A stretch of DNA of 19,642 nt, filler included, from Pseudomonadota bacterium (GTDB taxonomy: Bacteria > Desulfobacterota > Desulfobacteria > Desulfobacterales > JBDRRP01): the NCBI GenBank assembly GCA_043825735.1. It is 3 parts of 3 records of this genome, joined end to end, with 100 filler letters (N's around TTAATTAATTAA, not from the genome) between each part and the next. Parts side by side here need not be neighbours in the genome. Positions count along the whole stretch, not along the records: positions 17,048 to 19,642 come from JBDRRP010000160.1; 2 more parts are not named here. One strand, given 5' to 3'. The notes below the pieces were generated by a model that had not been told where the DNA came from, searched no databases, and saw only the letters and a list, made by a program, of their open reading frames with translations. Of the stretch, positions 17,190 through 19,642 are shown one piece after another. The translations under genes and the position numbers were made by a program. Numbering within the stretch: the first letter of the stretch is position 1; every line of letters begins with the position of its first letter.

Positions 17190-17389
17190 CGGAAAAGCCG
17201 CTGCACCCATCCCCAGGCGCCCGGCCGGGTGATCCGCGCCAGCGTGCCGGCGATGACGGCCTGTGCCTGGTCGTCAGGCGATATGATATAGATCCCGTCA
17301 ATCCGTCCGGTTGTCGGGTCCACTTGGATGAAAGCGCCGGACTGTTCACGGTCTGGTCGCGGCATCCGTTTTCGGAATTTCCACGTCAC
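17186..17389 (-). CDS. hypothetical phage-element protein, 67 aa
   Basis: GTG 17389 overlaps the helicase stop (GTGA), with GGAGG 7 nt upstream; its own stop overlaps the next start. Confidence 0.6.
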   Translation of the reverse strand: MTWKFRKRMPRPDREQSGAFIQVDPTTGRIDGIYIISPDDQAQAVIAGTLARITRPGAWGWVQRLFR

Positions 17390-18738
17390 CTGGCCACCTC
17401 CTGAAAGCATGCTCGATCCTCGATCCAGACAAGCGGTATCATCCCGGTAGGCCCGTTTCGGTGCTTCGAAATTATCAATTCAGCCGTGCCGCGCACCTTT
17501 GAAAATTTGTCTGTCATAAGCCCCTGATCGTCATACTTTGGTTCGATGTAGACTTCAGGCCGATATGGGAAAAGCACGATGTCAGCATCTTGCTCTAACG
17601 CGCCAGATTCGCGCAGGTCTGATAGTTTCGGCCGTTTCTCGGTGCGGTCCTCCAGCTTCCTGTTGAGCTGTGACAGCACGATAACGGGCACCTGAAAGTC
17701 TTTGGCGATGGCCTTCAGCCCGGCGGATATGTCGCCGATCTCCAGGTCGTGCCGCTCACCGCGCCGGCGGTCGGTCCTCATCAACTGCAGGTAGTCGATG
17801 AAAACCGGCCCGAGTCGACCATGCTTGCGGCGGATCTGCCGCAACCGGCGCCGGATCTCCGAGACCGTCAAACCGGATGAGTCATCAACCACAATCTGCA
17901 TGTCATGGATCCGGCCGGCCGCCGCAGTCACTCGGTCCATGTCCCCGCGCGACAATCCCCCGGACCGAATGCCCTGGAGAAAAACACCGGAGATTGCCGA
18001 AAGCATCCTGAAATAGAGTTGCCGCTTATCCATTTCGAGCGAGAAACATACCGGCGTTGATTCATTCGCCGCTGCCATGACCATTGAAAGCATAAGTGCC
18101 GTCTTGCCCATGGATGGCCGGGCCGCGATGATGATTAAATCACCGGCCTGAAACCCTAAAAGCACCCGGTCCAGTCGGAGAAAACCTGTCGGTACTCCGA
18201 GAAGTCGCCCCTGGTTGGCAACCCTCTGTTCAATTTCGTCAAAGGCATCGCCGGCCACCTCTGAAATCAAAACCGCTGGGCACTCTCTGCCGGCGGTCTC
18301 GGTGCTGTCGATGGCCTGCCGTACAAACTCCGCAACCACGGTCACGTCCGCGCCCGGCGCCGTCGCTCGTTTGAAAATTGCGTTGCCGTGCTCGGCCAGC
18401 CGCCGCAGTGCTGCCCTGTCGGCAACTATCCGGCATAGGTGCTCGCCGCTGCCCTGGCCCGGTCCCGGTGTAAAGTCTAAGATTTCCGCGATGGTGGCCG
18501 CGTATGACACCCCAGGCCGCCCCATGTCGCCGTCAAGGCGTTCTGCGATGGTGGCAGCGTCAACGGTCTGCCCCACTTCGAAGTTTTCCAGAATCGCGCG
18601 GTAGATGGCCTGGTGGCGCTCGCTGTAGAAGTCTTCGGCCCGCAGGATGCCCACGGCGGTCTCAACGGCGTCGTCGGCAGTGAAACACCCGTGAAGGACT
18701 CGGCGCTCGGTTTCGGTGTCGTGCGGCATCGTCGTCAT
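17386..18738 (-). CDS. dnaB: DnaB-like replicative helicase (mobile-element copy)
   Basis: MPHDTETER, DFYSERHQAIY, GVPTGFLRLD, Walker A AARPSMGKT, FSLEM, FIDYLQLM, LSQLNR, SDLRESGALEQDAD and KHRNGPTG. ATGA overlap with the upstream initiator gene. Confidence 0.93.
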   Translation of the reverse strand: MTTMPHDTETERRVLHGCFTADDAVETAVGILRAEDFYSERHQAIYRAILENFEVGQTVDAATIAERLDGDMGRPGVSYAATIAEILDFTPGPGQGSGEHLCRIVADRAALRRLAEHGNAIFKRATAPGADVTVVAEFVRQAIDSTETAGRECPAVLISEVAGDAFDEIEQRVANQGRLLGVPTGFLRLDRVLLGFQAGDLIIIAARPSMGKTALMLSMVMAAANESTPVCFSLEMDKRQLYFRMLSAISGVFLQGIRSGGLSRGDMDRVTAAAGRIHDMQIVVDDSSGLTVSEIRRRLRQIRRKHGRLGPVFIDYLQLMRTDRRRGERHDLEIGDISAGLKAIAKDFQVPVIVLSQLNRKLEDRTEKRPKLSDLRESGALEQDADIVLFPYRPEVYIEPKYDDQGLMTDKFSKVRGTAELIISKHRNGPTGMIPLVWIEDRACFQEVAR

Positions 18739-19496
18739 AGGACACGCATCCCGTGGTGGTTGTCGGTGGTGGTGGCCTGGTGCTCACCCGGTACCCTTGG
18801 CGCGCGGTCCTGTTGCTTCTTCAGCCAGTTGGTAATGAACCGCTTCATGCCGCCGGCGGTCTTCCGGTTTTTGGGGTTGGCGTCGAGCCACCCGGCCATG
18901 GCGCGGATCTCGTTTTTAACGTCAACGGCTGGGTACAGTTCACACAACTGGCTGAGGTATGCGACTGCCACGGGAAACGGCTTGCAGTTGTTGGTGGGCA
19001 ATGTCCAGAAAACAGGTTCATCAACTTCATGCTGAGCGTGATTTTTATCACGCGATGCAGTAGGTTTTTCTTTTCCAACATTCTTATCATTCTTGTTTGT
19101 GTCGGTTGGTTGTCGGTTGGGTGTCGGTTGGGTGTCGGGTTGGGTGTCGGGTTTTTCTTCTATGCCCTGGTAAGCATCCCAATTTACTATTGAAACAATA
19201 GAGTAATGGGTGCCGGGTTGGATGACGACATTTCCGAGTGTTTTTAATTTCATCATCCGATCGTTGACAGCCGTGGGTTTCATGCGAAGCATCTTCGCGG
19301 CGGCCTTTCTACCGTAGATAAATTGACCGGGCATAATTTCGATTTCTGTCTCACCGCGCCCGGTTCGAACTGGCACCCACCGGGGTGAGTGATTCGCCCT
19401 CAGAAGGCACCAAACCCAAACCTTGAGAAGCGCCTCATTGGCGAACACTCTCGATTCCAGCAGTTTCCGGTGGAGTTTTATCCAGCCTTGAGTCAA
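18735..19496 (-). CDS. phage replication initiator (replisome organiser / lambda-O-like)
   Basis: N-terminal GWIKLHRKLL...LKVWVWCLLRANH...GQFIYGRK and SIVNWDAYQ; low-complexity linker; C-terminal YPAVDVKNEIRAMAGWLDANPKNRKT..GMKRFITNWL. Directly coupled to a DnaB-like helicase. Confidence 0.75.
   Translation of the reverse strand: MTQGWIKLHRKLLESRVFANEALLKVWVWCLLRANHSPRWVPVRTGRGETEIEIMPGQFIYGRKAAAKMLRMKPTAVNDRMMKLKTLGNVVIQPGTHYSIVSIVNWDAYQGIEEKPDTQPDTQPTPNRQPTDTNKNDKNVGKEKPTASRDKNHAQHEVDEPVFWTLPTNNCKPFPVAVAYLSQLCELYPAVDVKNEIRAMAGWLDANPKNRKTAGGMKRFITNWLKKQQDRAPRVPGEHQATTTDNHHGMRVL
19099..19154. repeat. five 11-12-bp direct repeats (iteron-like), consensus GTGTCGG(G)TTGG; probable replication origin
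   Basis: GTGTCGGTTGG 19099-19109, TTGTCGGTTGG 19110-19120, GTGTCGGTTGG 19121-19131, GTGTCGGGTTGG 19132-19143 and GTGTCGGGTTT 19144-19154, next to an AT-rich tract at about 19060-19098. Confidence 0.8.
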
Positions 19497-19517
19497 TGGC
19501 GGTCTCTATCCTCGCGC

Positions 19518-19642
19518 CTATGATGTCGCGCGCTCGGCGCCACGGGATGCCATCCAGCCGTCGATTTCATCGGCGAACCACCCAACGCTATTGGCGCCTA
19601 ATTGAATGCGTTTCGGGAACCGCCCATCACGCTCCATGCGCC
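19518..19642 (-). CDS. alpA: AlpA family transcriptional regulator/excisionase, 3' part (start outside window; not in the ORF track)
   Basis: Minus strand reads RMERDGRFPKRIQLGANSVGWFADEIDGWMASRGAERATS*; FPK..LG..SVGW...EI..W is the AlpA signature. Confidence 0.85.
   Translation of the reverse strand, partial: RMERDGRFPKRIQLGANSVGWFADEIDGWMASRGAERATS

Larger units (their letters stand above)
17048..19642 (-). mobile_element. fragment of a prophage or phage-satellite (PICI-like) replication module
   Basis: Co-oriented alpA, initiator with iterons, dnaB, small ORF and Zn-ribbon ORF; the last four are joined by 4-nt start/stop overlaps. No integrase or att site is visible in the window. Confidence 0.75.

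Noticed and set aside
17386..18738. Host chromosomal dnaB
   Set aside because: Divergent N-terminal domain, and overlapping linkage to a phage initiator downstream of alpA, not a housekeeping context such as rplI.
18758..18767. Extra iteron-like GGTTGTCGGT near the end of the initiator gene
   Set aside because: Single 10-bp partial match within a low-complexity GGT-rich stretch; not distinguishable from chance.

Overview
The window is three sequence blocks joined by artificial 100-bp linkers (N44-TTAATTAATTAA-N44 at 4667-4766 and 16948-17047), so adjacency across the linkers is unproven. The source is bacterial, with roughly mid-50s % GC by eye; a Desulfobacterota-like origin is only an impression. 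Block 1 (1-4666, + strand) is housekeeping/envelope: the 3' end of a ThiI/MnmA-like tRNA thiolation gene, a divergent MurJ/MviN flippase, and a GH17+GT2 NdvB-like glucan synthase cut by the gap. Block 2 (4767-16947, all genes on the - strand) holds a gap-truncated metallophosphoesterase followed by a defence-island-like run: hsdM, hsdS (with an AT-rich, apparently swapped first TRD), a Schlafen/AlbA_2+HATPase_c_4 gene translationally coupled to hsdS, hsdR, a 34-codon Fic-like remnant, a truncated DUF1016/YhcG, and a 614-aa MORC/MutL-like GHKL ATPase with an apparent Ig-like domain. A 33-bp tandem REP-like repeat sits at the contig end. Block 3 (17048-19642, - strand) is a prophage/satellite replication module: AlpA, an O-like initiator with internal 11-12-bp iterons, a DnaB-like helicase, a small ORF and a Zn-ribbon ORF. 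The best candidates for undescribed biology are the Schlafen-like gene in the Type I RM operon and the stand-alone GHKL-Ig ATPase. All family assignments come from motif recognition, not database searches.
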